Assembly: GCA_910592345.1 (NCBI GenBank)
Contig: CAJVPI010000168.1
Location: forward strand, 1 to 46,951
Reading direction: 5' to 3'
DNA length: 46,951 bases
From: Paraglomus brasilianum
Taxonomy: Eukaryota
Part shown: positions 11,423 through 23,423 of the stretch, one piece after another
Position numbering within the stretch: position 1 is the first letter of the stretch
Layout: every line of letters starts with the position of its first letter
The notes under the pieces: model-generated
What the model was told of the DNA's origin: nothing
Seen by the model: only the letters and a program-made list of their open reading frames with translations
Database searches by the model: none
Position numbers and translations under genes: made by a program

Positions 11423-14400
11423 ATGGATATCGCAAACGGATTCGAGGATTTACTAGCGAGTACTGTTAGGGCTAGAGAGCTGAAAGAGCAGGTGTGACAT
11501 TAACCAAAGCTGTGATTAGCAAAAGAGGGGTTAGACTTGCAAGAATTAAGACACAACGCTTGAATAAGAAGGGAACAATAGGAACACGCATTGTAAACAC
11601 GCGTCTTCACGAGTATAGTACTCATTTTTTTAGGAGGAACAGCTGGAAGCAAAATCTTTAGACGGTCATTATCTTGGGTATGTGCGAAGAATTATTACAA
11701 TGATGAAATCTTCTATATGGATCTCTCTGTCATTGAGCACTGTCTATTTACATTACAAGTACCAGATGAACAATAATCATCTAGAATCCTTGAATTCTTT
11801 AATTGCGTCAATAAATCACCAACTAAATCGTCACTTACTATAAACGTATTAGAATCTATGAACGGGTGTCAAGTCGAAATGCTAATAAAAGGAGAAAGGT
11901 CAAAGGATTATCCTCGAAGTCATCTGAAGATACTGTAGTAGATTTTGAGCTCGAATTGGAGAATTCAGAAATAATGAACAAATTAGTAACAGAATTTGCA
12001 AAGGTCGCTCCGACACTTGAGAAAATGGTAAAAGAACGACAACCTTTTACGAGCGGGTTGCTAGGGTTATTAAAGAGTTGTATAACTATCAGCCGAGATT
12101 GCCTACAAGCAATGTAGTTTAAGCATTTAGCTTAGAGCACAACAACGCATCCAAGTCCTCCAAATTCCGTTTTAACGTATTGTGTATTTTATCTTCCCGC
12201 ATTCTCAGAACAAAACCTTTCAGTATATGAAGAAAAGCATAGACTCCTCCCCAACCTCGACATCGCGAATCTCTTTGATTCTTTCCATCTTTAGCAACTT
12301 AATTTCCGACTATCAACTCTCATCTTCCTTTCCCACCCCTCAAATTACCATTCCGCAAATATTTGGATATCTGACCCATTGGCTGAAAAATGACATGCAG
12401 CACTTGTGGGTAGGCATTACGTCCTTCGTGTTGATCATGTTGAGACAATACCCAAGAGCTATTGTAGAGATAAGCCCAACAACAGCAATGACGTTTATTA
12501 AGAAGATGATGGAACAGATAAATGTACTACCGGTGAAGTTGAATAAAGGGCAGATGAGATGTGTGGAAAAGGGACAAGAAGTTATTGAAGCCTTCTTGAC
12601 GGGGAAGGGTTGTGGTGGAGTTGGATGTGTTTCATATTATCACATTATTCAAGAGGTGAGTTGTCAACTGATATGTTCGCGGAATCGTCCATTTGCTAAC
12701 ACACTGCTGTGTATACTTATCAGTTTCCAGTAATATTCGGAGCTCCTGTTAACGGTCATTTCGAAAACATTCATTGGACAATGGAGCCATTTGTGCACGA
12801 GTTATGTAAACGCCGTAGACGTCTTTCGTTCATCATGATGCCGCCTGGTAATCTTATATTATAAGGTTCATGTGTCAGTACTTTATATATTCAAATGCTA
12901 GACTTACTTTGTTTTATCGTTGAAGATGCATCATGGCCATTAGTATCTCAATACAGGTATCACATTGGCCTGCACATTCAGTCAATCACATATATTTTAC
13001 AACTCTAACACTGGCAATACGAACTAATAGTCGAGATCATGAATACAACGACCTTGCAAGCATAGATTCAAACAGAGTATTTGCTCCTGACTATGTAGGT
13101 CTTACACATAATCTTTTTACGGATAACCCGTTCTTCTTTGATTAATCTTTGTTTCCTATATCAGGATCAATTTGTTCAAGAAGGCTGTGCGGCAAGCTTC
13201 ACTTCTCGTTTCCGTGATTTGTTTTTTCAGCGTGCTTGGATAGAAGAAGTTCGTATAATGGCCAAGAAGGTTAAAGGGACCCAGTATGGATTAGAGCCTG
13301 TACGAGCCGCCATATTTGAGAAGGCTAGAGACATTATTATATATATACAAGAGAATTCCAAGTTCAATGAGAGACGACAAGATGCATTCGGAGAACCTCG
13401 TAAGTAGGCGATTTGTGCGTTCACACGTGATGAATGACCGTTATTTACTATGCGTTCGGCGATTTAGGTAATCAAAGTACAGTAACCGAACAAGTACTAA
13501 TTCCAAACAATTTGGACTATTGGGAGTTGATGATTGAGGTCGCTGATCAGTTGTACAGTTTGGTTGGAACAGAGTAAGATCGATACCAAAGCTCAGTATT
13601 ATGTCTGATTCATGCTTTTAAAATACATATTGGCTCATTATTTTACCTCCATTAGGAACTATGTGAAGTATGAGGAGGCGCTCACCGAATTTTGTCGAAT
13701 GGTTCGTGTAGGCGATAACGATAATCGCCCTCAACTACAGAAAGATAATGCGCTTATCTGGCTTTTACTGCAACTATCTCGTATCCTGCTGCTTATGTAA
13801 AAGCTGAAATATATAGTTGAGTTGTGATCTACTTATAACCTTAATTCAAATGCAAACATTTAGATATCGAAAAAGTGATGAAGGAGACAATATCAGTGGA
13901 TCTTAGCAAAGATGAGAAACTATTTAGAATGCTATCTAGTTTATATAATGAAGAGCAAATTACATCTAAAGATGCCTTTTATTTAAGAGATTTGTCACTG
14001 CAATGCTTTGTTAGTATAATAAGACACCCAAATATATTACGCGTCTGTTCTTGTAACCTGTATTCACTCATATTTTAGAATCGTGTTGGCGTTAATTTAC
14101 AAACTCTTCTTCTAACCAATTATTTATCTCTGTTTAGATGGCCTATCATCAACATTCTCTTAATACGACTAATTTGAAATATAGACATCCAGAGCTGTTT
14201 TCGGCTCTACCATATAGCAAGGTCTGTGGGGATCTATCTAAGTATGTTTTCTCTACATACAAGGGTATGTATTCTATTTTGTTTATTGTTTTGTATACCC
14301 ATGTTGCGTAATAACTGTTGAGTAATTGGTCATAACTTTATTACAATCTAAAATACCAATACTGAAGGGAACATTGGCAACATTGACTTGTTTCGTAATA

Positions 14401-17400
14401 TCCGATTTGAGGAAATAATAAAACTGGCCATTGTCAGTGAAGCAAGAGAGAGTCTTGTTGCAGACACATTACTTGCCAATCTGATATCGCCAAAATTGGA
14501 ATTGGGGACGTTAGCATTTCCATCCACAAAGTATTTGAAAGGAGGGAGTGCTACATATAAACTATTAGACTACATCGGCCTTCATGCAAAAAATAGGTAT
14601 AATTGACGGATTGAGAACTTCTGTAAAATGTTCTATGCATATTTATTTATAACTAAGAAAGTCATGTTTTGCTGGTTACAGATTATCATTTCTAATCCTT
14701 AAAATGTCATTCGATGAAAAAGGGCCTACATCCTTCTCTCATGACTCTCCTCAAAAGGAGCATAACAGCGCTTCACCTTACGTGTTAGACGCCTTATTCA
14801 AGATGCTTTATAGCGCGCCGTGGTCGTAAGTATTGTTATGTGATTAAATTTGGACAAGATCTAGGAATAACATTGAACTGTATGGAATGCCATCCTTCAC
14901 TTTATTTTATATAACCGTTATTTTTCAATCAATAACCATTAGGTTGTCGCAAATAATTACTATCATATTTGATCGACTCAAAAAGTACGATAAAGCATTA
15001 AAAGTAAAGGCTGAGGACGGTTCAGCACTTCCCGAACAATCACTTCGTTGGACGCACACAATATTGGAACTGTTCAATTATAGACTACTTCGATTTTTCA
15101 AACAATATACGAAAACGCCAGACTTACTTAACTTTGTTAAGTATTCGTTGTCTCACTTGAATCATCGACAGACTTTCAGGGGAGTTGAGATGTTTGCTAT
15201 ATGTTCAATGGTAACTAAGAAATATGTAAAAACTATATTATCTTGACTATAAAACATCCTATAGTATTTACTAAGATTACAATTTATTCGCTTTGAAGGT
15301 GCTACAGGTGGACGTAAAATTCATTCGCTCTATTGGAGAAGCCATTCGCGAAAAGTCTATTCTGTTTCCAGAATCAGAAATGTTAGCGAGAATACTAATC
15401 ACGACTATCGCAAGAATTGTAAAATTCAGGTATATAAATATGCAGAATCTCACAATCCTCCTATTTTTTAGTTTATATGAATTCCATATTAATAATCTTC
15501 TTGTACATTGTATAAATTATAGAGGAACATCCGATCTCCAAGCAGATCTACTTTCTAAAGTACTAACGAACATATATCCTTATTCTCTCGAGTGGTCCCC
15601 AGCTGTGTTTGATTTCTTCCCAGAACCTGTAAAACAGATACTTAAGTCCCAACAAGCCGGGAATGCTTTTCCACTTGCTGTAAGTAATAATGATTAATTA
15701 TTAAGATTTAAGATTACACATACTGACAATATTTACATTTATCCGTAGCAAACCAGCGCTGTACTCGCTGCTATACAAGAGGAGACGCTGATTAATCTTG
15801 CCAAGGACGAAATTTTGAGCGAGAAACAAGAAGCAGCATTAAAAGAAAGATATAGCGACCCAGAAAATCAGAAGATCTTTTTATGTGCTATATGGAGCAT
15901 ATTGATGCATTACAAGAAACAAAATCTTACGCTTACGAAAATGTGGGGGTGTATCCTTTATAAATATAAATTGTTTCAAGATAACGTCCGAGATTATATT
16001 AAATTCTTAACTTCTATGACGATCTTAGCTCTGCGAAGTACTTTGCTGCAGTTTGCACCATCTAGGATGGCAACCTATACAGCTGGACTTGTTGATTATA
16101 TAGTGAGCGTGTCCACACCGCAATGGAAAGTAGTAGTAAGTATGCTTACGGTTAAACCAGTTCGTATACAGATTGTTACTTGTTAGCTAATAATGTGACT
16201 ATTATCACTATATTTATCCTTGCCACATGTGCACAGGAATGTGCTCTTCTAGCAGAGTTAATCTGGAAACATCAAATTCTTGCATTTGAACATGTAATTT
16301 ATGCATTAATATGTGATCAAAGAGATGAGAAGAAAAGTGAAATAGCTACTGGATTCCTCAATTGCCTTCTTTTCGAACCAGAAGGTTTTTCACAGCGGGT
16401 CGCACGATTTATGGAGTTAGGATTCCGTCCTAGATATTGGGTTGAAGATGACTTTCATGGAAAGCTAATGCAGTATCTTGAAGATTATCCAGAATTTTAT
16501 GAATATGAAGCATTTGCAATGGACGGTTATGCAAACATCAATACACCTTTAAACCCACCACCAGATATCCAAATGCCCATATATTACTCAAACGTCATAT
16601 TACGAACATTGCCCATATTTGATATTTTGGTAGGGAATATGATAGCGTTTGGGAACATAGAGTTACTGAAGTTCCTAGATGAATACGGAAAGTTATATCG
16701 ATATCATCAGACGCCACTTTCATTTGTTAGAGATTTATTCTGTTATTACTATCCGGCTAGTACTATTAGAAATCCAAATGTATGTCGAAGATTGGTAAAG
16801 TTACTAGGTAAGTTGAATATCAGTTATGAATGTTGGAGCGAGTTGATGTAAATAGTAGCCTAATTCCAAATTTTATTGTCGATGAATAGATTTCGATGAT
16901 TATGATATGGCCCCAGAGTTGCTCGAATATGTGAATAACGAATCAATTGGTGCAGAAATTTTCGATGAGAATTACTTCGACAAGGTCTTTCGTAAATTAG
17001 CCGATAGTAAGTGCTCGTTCAACGTTGTTTATTACGCTATCAAATAATATTTAGCGCTATCTAATACTTATCACTCGCTACCACCTATACATAATCATAC
17101 GAAACGCAACAGACATGCTCCCACAAAAATGCGCCCCCAAGACAAAATCTCACCTTCCAGAACGCCATTTCCGTGAGATCTCGAATCCGATGGTGTTGGC
17201 TCTGTATATCGCCTGTGTGGAAATTTTAGCCACGCCGATTGAGCCAGTTGATGTTGTTAGAATGGCTTTGAATATAATTTTAGTTCGTGGAACAAAGAAT
17301 GTTGCAGTGCCGCCAATAATTATTCATGCGGTTGCGTTGTTATTCTCATTTTTGCCACAAGATGAGTTTGTTATACCTATGTTAACGGAAGTTGTGAATG

Positions 17401-18438
17401 TTATTAAGACAGATGCTCATTTGAGGGAGCCATCTGCTGTCTGTACTTTGGTAAGTGCTACGACGGTGCATTTTAGTATTATATTGTCTATGAATGAGAA
17501 AATATTAATATTCCCTTTTTTTCTTACATCATGCTAACATTCCTTCTTTCAACAAACACTTCCTGATAACAGTCTTACAACAATTTATTTTCCCAACCGT
17601 CCAATACACAATCCGACAAATCTGCATCCTTCTTTGCAATGGACCCTCCGAACCCATTCTTAGAACCGCCGTCACCACAGGCAGTCAAGACTATAATGTT
17701 TCCGTATATATTCAAAGACTATACTTCTAATTACTACAACTATGGAACGAACGCTCCCAACACGCTCCTCACTCTTGCTCACAGCATTATACACTATTCC
17801 AACAATGATATTGTGGAAAGATTCTTTGGATCTATGCTGATATTTAGAGATGAAATTAAAACTGACGTGCAGGTCTTGTACTTGTGTGCCCTTATGGGAC
17901 CTGTTTTATATAGGTTGGAAAAGAATGTTATAATTATGAAAGAGGTAAGCTTTGACGTATCCCAGTTTATGATATACTATTTGATAGATGGAAGAAGCCA
18001 TTTATCATTCATACAAGACAGTTCTAACATAAGTTGTAAATTGTTTATTATATTTACCTTATCACTGACGAGACAACTCGTTTTGTAGTACATCATTCAC
18101 TTGGTGCAACTCCTTCACGATGTCACATCAACAATGCGACTAGAAGAAAATGCTTCCACTTTGGCGCTTGAACAAATATATGATTTCCTGTAAGGATTCC
18201 TAGCTTCTTTCGCTCTTTTTGCTGTCCTAGCGATAAGTAAACCAGATTGCTAATATAGTTTTCCATTCTACAGCCAACACGTTCATCCACATGTTGCCAG
18301 TGATGCTGACACACTTCTATGCATTCGGGAGGTTGTTAGACTGCTTAAAGCTCCTGTTCAGTGTAGATTATGTGGTTATTTAGTGACTAGTTTAAATTAA
18401 TGTCTTACTTAACATGTATGATGCCCATGTATTCTTGA
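11423..18438 (+). CDS. MED23: Mediator subunit 23-like protein, more than 20 introns
   Basis: Long helical protein with MED23-type motifs KDNALIWLLLQ, HTILELFNYRL, ESEMLARILITTIAR, YWVEDDFHGKLMQYLEDYPE, MPIYYSNVILRTLPIFDILV, LYRYHQTPLSFV, RHFREISNPMVLALYIACVEILA, EQIYDFL. Start and stop are inferred from splice-phase-consistent exons. Confidence 0.88.
13781..13863 (+). other. U12-type (minor spliceosome) GT-AG intron in MED23
   Basis: 5' site GTATCCTG; branch-site-like ACCTTAAT about 20 nt before the AG; no polypyrimidine tract; phase-1 splicing joins LLQLS-H-IEKVM in frame. Confidence 0.75.
15951..16028 (+). other. U12-type (minor spliceosome) GT-AG intron in MED23
   Basis: 5' site GTATCCTTT; branch site TTCTTAAC at 16004-16011; AG at 16027-16028; phase-1 splicing gives KMWG-S-LRSTLLQF. 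Confidence 0.85.
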
Positions 18439-18719
18439 TTAAAACTTTTGGTAAATGATTCAAATAGAAACTTGTTTGGTGACTGTGCATGAACAAATGA
18501 TGGGGAATTTGGAGTTGGCGCGCTGACGGAAGCTTTCTTCCCGTGCCCAGTAATGATAAATTTAAATTAGAGAGACTGACCCTCCAATTTAACTATCTGT
18601 GCGCACGAACGATAAACAAAGATCTACAGTGCATGTCACAAATTCTTGTGCCATTCGCTTGAACCGGAGTCGCCGGGAAAAAAACGCTTTGCTTCTGATT
18701 ACGCCAATCCAAACAGCTA

Positions 18720-19340
18720 CTCAGATTTTGTCGATGACTTAGTGAAGCAAGGCCGTTAGCCAACTTTTATGGACTTACCACCACCGGGGATAGAATCAGA
18801 TCAGGAAATACGGATACGAGTACAAGTTTGGTGTGCTAAGGGAAGGAATGGAATTGGAGTACATTGTTGTACGGTTCGCCCTTCAATTGTAAAATATTAA
18901 ATTTTTTACTACTTTCTTTTGTTACTAGGCTGACATCGGGCGAAGGTACTCTCAGAATGACTCTTCGTCTGACTATCGAAGCTTTTGCCGGGGGAGAAGC
19001 ATATATTTACTGCTGAGCTATAGATGTACACGTACATTTAACTACTTCCAGAGGCTACTAGCAGATCTCATAACTTTTCTCTTATTCGCGTCCGTTGTAA
19101 GAGCACGTGTTCGCAGAACACCAGGAAAAGAGTTCTATATCACTCTGAGCGTTCCATGCCTGGGGTAAATAATAAATTGGCGTGTTGGTAAAAATTCACA
19201 AGAGTATATCGTAATCAATGATGAACTTTCGATTTTATGCTCCATACAGTTGGGCAACTACTGAGAGAAGAGAAACCCTAGCAAAGGTGTTAACGCTGAT
19301 AGAAGAGATTGTTTCACGTAGAGAACTATGCTCCATATAG
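18720..19340 (+). pseudogene. Possible degenerate spliced gene relic of unknown family
   Basis: Protein-like stretches (DFVDDLVKQG, VRARVRRTPGKEFY, WATTERRETLAKVLTLIEEIVSRRELCSI*) separated by AT-rich intron-like segments ending in YAG; stops and frameshifts; family not recognised. Confidence 0.3.
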
Positions 19341-19774
19341 TAAATACAGCATTATGTTTGGAATTTTGACCTTTTCCAGTCACTTGTTTTGCCAAGATTG
19401 AAATATTAATTCCAAATAGGGTTCTATGTTAATATGAGTGCCAGCACTGTTACGAATATTGCATCGTTGGTAGCATCAAAGGTCTACAAGTTAATGGCTG
19501 GGCAATCAATTACATGTCCACGAAATAAATTTGCTATATAATTAAGATAAATTGTGTTTAGCATGTACAGAATTCTGCCATAATTGCAAAGCACCGAGAT
19601 CCCTCAACCTGACTACTGACAACGAGTCTTTAGACTCGTTTATTATGCTATCTTGGAGTAAAGTTATGCGTCCCACCGAAAGAGTAGCCAAAGATATCAT
19701 ACTTTAATAAACAGATTTACTCAACAATGTCTACAGGAGCCTATATTTGGTGTTTACAAGGATCCGGCAATATT

Positions 19775-20872
19775 TCACGCAATCAACTGGACGACACCAC
19801 CAGCGGCCTTTATTTTCTGCTCAGCACGACGTGATACCGATCTAGCCTTGACTATAACAGGCTGGTCAGGAAGTCGGCCTTTTCCAAGAAGCTTGCTATA
19901 TCCCTGTAAAAGGAGTTATAAATCAATATCCGAGCAGATGCCAACAGATGAGTAAAAGTATTCATATCCCCATTCATATATATATATGCTAGTACATCAC
20001 GAAATTTCAATTACTGTGAACACTTACCGATTGCAAAATATTGATAACGGGTGCGACATCTTTCTGCTTGGCATGCGCACGTCTTGTGTCTTCCGAAATC
20101 AGCGTCCATAATCGGTCAAGGTTCAGCGTTGGGTTGTAGTACTGGTTTTTGGTCTTGTGGAAATACCGCATTCCGACTTTACCAAAGTAGCCAGGATGGA
20201 ATCTGTCCATATTTGTGCGGTGATGGTGCTGACCGCCTGCAAGACCTCGGCCTCCAGGATGCTTACGGTGTTTCCCTAGCAGGATGTGAGAATTAATTTT
20301 TATGAAAGGTGTTTCATAAAAGTTCAGGAGGGGGATTAGCTAGAAATTAGGACTCTGCTAAACACAGGTCGGAAGATAAACATTAATAACATACCAACAC
20401 GACCATGTCCGGCAGATACGTGTCCGCGCTTCTTGCGGTTCTTCTTTAGTCTGGCAGGCTGTAATTAGATTGTCGTGTAATAAGTATGTGTGTGTGTGTT
20501 CAAAGAAAGGTAAAGAATTGTCTTGTAATTCTGCCAATGCTTCTGTTTTTCCTTAACTGATCGAGTATGACTCTGTATACAACGCCTACAAATTACTAAC
20601 TACCTAAACTTGGTCGATACTGAATTCCACCTCCGTGGTAGTCTACATAGTGAACAATTAAAGCCTGCTCGTAGACAAAAGCTCCATTCACAAGATCTCT
20701 CTGCATAGTTTGGGTTTTTATGCAGTGACATACAGTAGTAGTCTCAGGAATTCTCCCGATCAGTTCGCACTATCTTAACCCATCCATCAATTCATCTCAA
20801 CTAACTTAACACATTTTCTAGCGAAATTTAATGCAGATTTCTTTGTACAAAGGTATATCATTCACGTACCAT
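19775..20872 (-). CDS. RPL28: 60S ribosomal protein uL15 (yeast L28 / metazoan L27a); exons 20872-20870, 20458-20395, 20275-20028, 19903-19775
   Basis: [62 protein letters not shown]...[21 protein letters not shown]...[10 protein letters not shown]. Confidence 0.97.
20555..20765 (-). ncRNA. Candidate structured RNA element in RPL28 intron 1
   Basis: Closing stem 20555-20565/20755-20765, inner pairings 20569-20578/20730-20743, hairpins 20641-20646/20671-20676 and 20701-20707/20719-20725. Confidence 0.5.
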
Positions 20873-21456
20873 TATTTCTGATCCTCGTTACAGTCAAGGA
20901 ATGTTAATCGAAAAGGAAGATTCAATCATTAATTTTGCATCGCTTTTGTTGGAGATCTGTGACCTACTACTGGATGGCCTATAATTGGTCGGATTGTCAT
21001 TAGCGCAGCAAATTTTAACATTGACCTGAAACTCTGACTACTTCAATGCTGATTGTTTGAATCTGAAAAAAAAAAAGTGGATTCTTCGCATCGAATACTT
21101 ATTGCATCAATTTAAACAATTTTTCCCGCACGACGCCGGGCTTGACTCGCTCTATTCAGCATTATCCGTTACCTCTTGCTGTCTCCTAGATCCAATTCTT
21201 TGTCTTTTGCCTGTTCACAACGAGTAAGATTACTCGAGTACGCCTTGTGAGTACCGTGATGCCCCGGCCTTATCCTGCGAAAGATTGGGAATTTGAGTTG
21301 GTGCAATTCTGAAATCTTCAAGTTGGAATATCGAATTGCTTCAACGTCACGTGGATCAATTCTAACGTTAGTTATTAATTTGTAGATTCGACACAACGTA
21401 GTTACAACAGTTACAACTACAAATTCAAATTTTAAAGTTTTGCACATTGAGCCATA

Positions 21457-22792
21457 ATGAGACCACTTACGGAAGAAGAATCCAAAACATTTTTCGAGAA
21501 GTTATCAAAGTAGTAAGTTGATACTGATGAGACGTTTTGATCGTCTACTCCTCAATGAGTATGATTCAAATACCGCATGCTTTCTTGTAGTATTGGAAGG
21601 AACATTGTTCACCTAGTCGATAGACCAGATGGAAATTATTGCTTCAGATTACATAAAGAAAGAGTGTATTATGTCAGGTAAATTTCATCGACTATATTAT
21701 TTACGTATGTGAGGAAATGGGATGGATCAATGAAACATGAGCAGATGGGCGATAAGCAAACACACGAATGACTGGATAAGCAGATGGACGGGGGTTGAGT
21801 GAGCGAACGAACAAGCGTACGATCACCTTTTAGAAGATGACCCTTTGGCACACAATGATGCAGGATAACTTGTCCCAGATGATAGAGACTTTGCGCGTTT
21901 AGCTTATGGCAACTCTACCATACCCATCGGCCTCCCCGCCCTTTCGCTTCTACCAATTTCCTGTTATGCTATCAACGCATTCATGTTACCAATCTATTCT
22001 TCTTGTTTCCACATTCTAACCTGTTATTCTTTCCTATCTAATTTTTATTAAAGTGAATCTATAATGCGACGAGCAACAAGCGTTGGACGAGATCTATTAA
22101 TTTCGCTTGGAGTATGTTTCGGCAAATTCACAAAGACACGCAAGTTTAAATTGCATATAACAGCGCTTGATTATTTGGCTCAGTATGCCAAGGTGAGATA
22201 TTGTAACGAGACACGGGGATTGCGATAACTGTTTTCGTGGGTCGGGCAAGCCAATAGCGATGTTAATGACGATTGCTATGGAATCAGTAATCAATTACTA
22301 GAATCTATCATATCTTACTCGTTCTTTCATTGAAAATCTCTTTCTAGCACAAAGTATGGATAAAACCCAACGGAGAAATGTCTTTTCTATATGGCAATCA
22401 CGTTCTCAAGGCTCATGTTGGTCGGATAACGGAAAACACGCCCGAGCACCAAGGTGTCGTTATTTACTCTATGGCAGATGTGCCATTGGTAAGTTTGTGA
22501 TCAATGGGTGGAGAGTGGAATGAGAAGCTCGGAATTAAGGTGTTGACACCAATATCAGTAGAGAATTACGCGATCTACTCTTTCACCGAGAAGACTTATC
22601 CACTATGTCGTTAACAGCGTTCAGAAACGTCTTGAATCTTAATATCAATTCGCTTTCTCTTTATTTGTATAGGGATTTGGCGTGACAGCACGGAATACAA
22701 TAGACATACGGAAACTTCAACCAACAGATATTGTTGTTTTTCATCAGGCGGACGTTGGAGAGTATTTGCGAGACGAGGATTCGATGTTTTAG
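21457..22792 (+). CDS. NIP7: 60S ribosome biogenesis protein Nip7 (5 exons; absent from the ORF track)
   Basis: [48 protein letters not shown]...[59 protein letters not shown]...[18 protein letters not shown]. Confidence 0.97.
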
Positions 22793-23015
22793 AGCTCATG
22801 TAAAGATATTTTCACAAGTCAGAATACAATTGAAATGATTCGTTCATTCATCATTCATTCGTTTACGCTTACAAGCAATACGAGCATTACAAGCAATGCA
22901 TTTCAATGCATTTATTTATTTCAACACACCAAAATACAATACACCTTTTATCATTAGATGAAATTATTAAAGAACAAGGAAAAAAGAAGATAGAATTTGT
23001 TCGATAGTTCATGAA

Positions 23016-23423
23016 TTAGACTTCTGGAGCAGCGGCACCCTTCTTATTATTCTTCTTAGGCAGCAAGTTCTGATGAATATTTGGTAATACACCGCCTTGA
23101 GCAATTGTTACATGGCCGAGTAGTTTATTCAGTTCTTCGTCGTTCCTGATCGCCAACTGTAAATGACGAGGAATGATTCTTGATTTCTTGTTATCTCTGG
23201 CAGCATTTCCAGCGAGTTCAAGGATTTCAGCTGCAAGGTATTCGAGTACGGCAGCGAGGTAGACTGGTGCGCCAGCACCTACACGTTGAGCATAGTTTCC
23301 TTTGCGGAGAAGACGATGAATACGGCCGACAGGGAACTGAAGTCCTGCTTTTGCGGAACGAGATGAGCTTGCCTTTGCAGACGTAGCGGCGGCTGATTTT
23401 CCTCCAGATTTTCCTCCAGACAT
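23016..23423 (-). CDS. HTA1: Histone H2A, intronless
   Basis: [43 protein letters not shown]...[11 protein letters not shown]. Confidence 0.99.
   Translation of the reverse strand: MSGGKSGGKSAAATSAKASSSRSAKAGLQFPVGRIHRLLRKGNYAQRVGAGAPVYLAAVLEYLAAEILELAGNAARDNKKSRIIPRHLQLAIRNDEELNKLLGHVTIAQGGVLPNIHQNLLPKKNNKKGAAAPEV

Noticed and set aside
15574..15581. ATATCCTT as an AT-AC U12 donor
   Set aside because: It lies inside a continuous MED23 exon (NIYPYS) with no matching branch site and AC acceptor.
20548..20557. U12 branch-site consensus TTTCCTTAAC
   Set aside because: It is antisense to RPL28, whose intron has a U2-type GTACGT donor.
21169..21447. 92-aa minus-strand ORF between RPL28 and NIP7
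   Set aside because: No recognisable motif, and it lies in the divergent promoter.
21524..21562. Hammerhead-like CTGATGA followed by a stem in NIP7 intron 1
   Set aside because: The required GAAA after stem II is absent.
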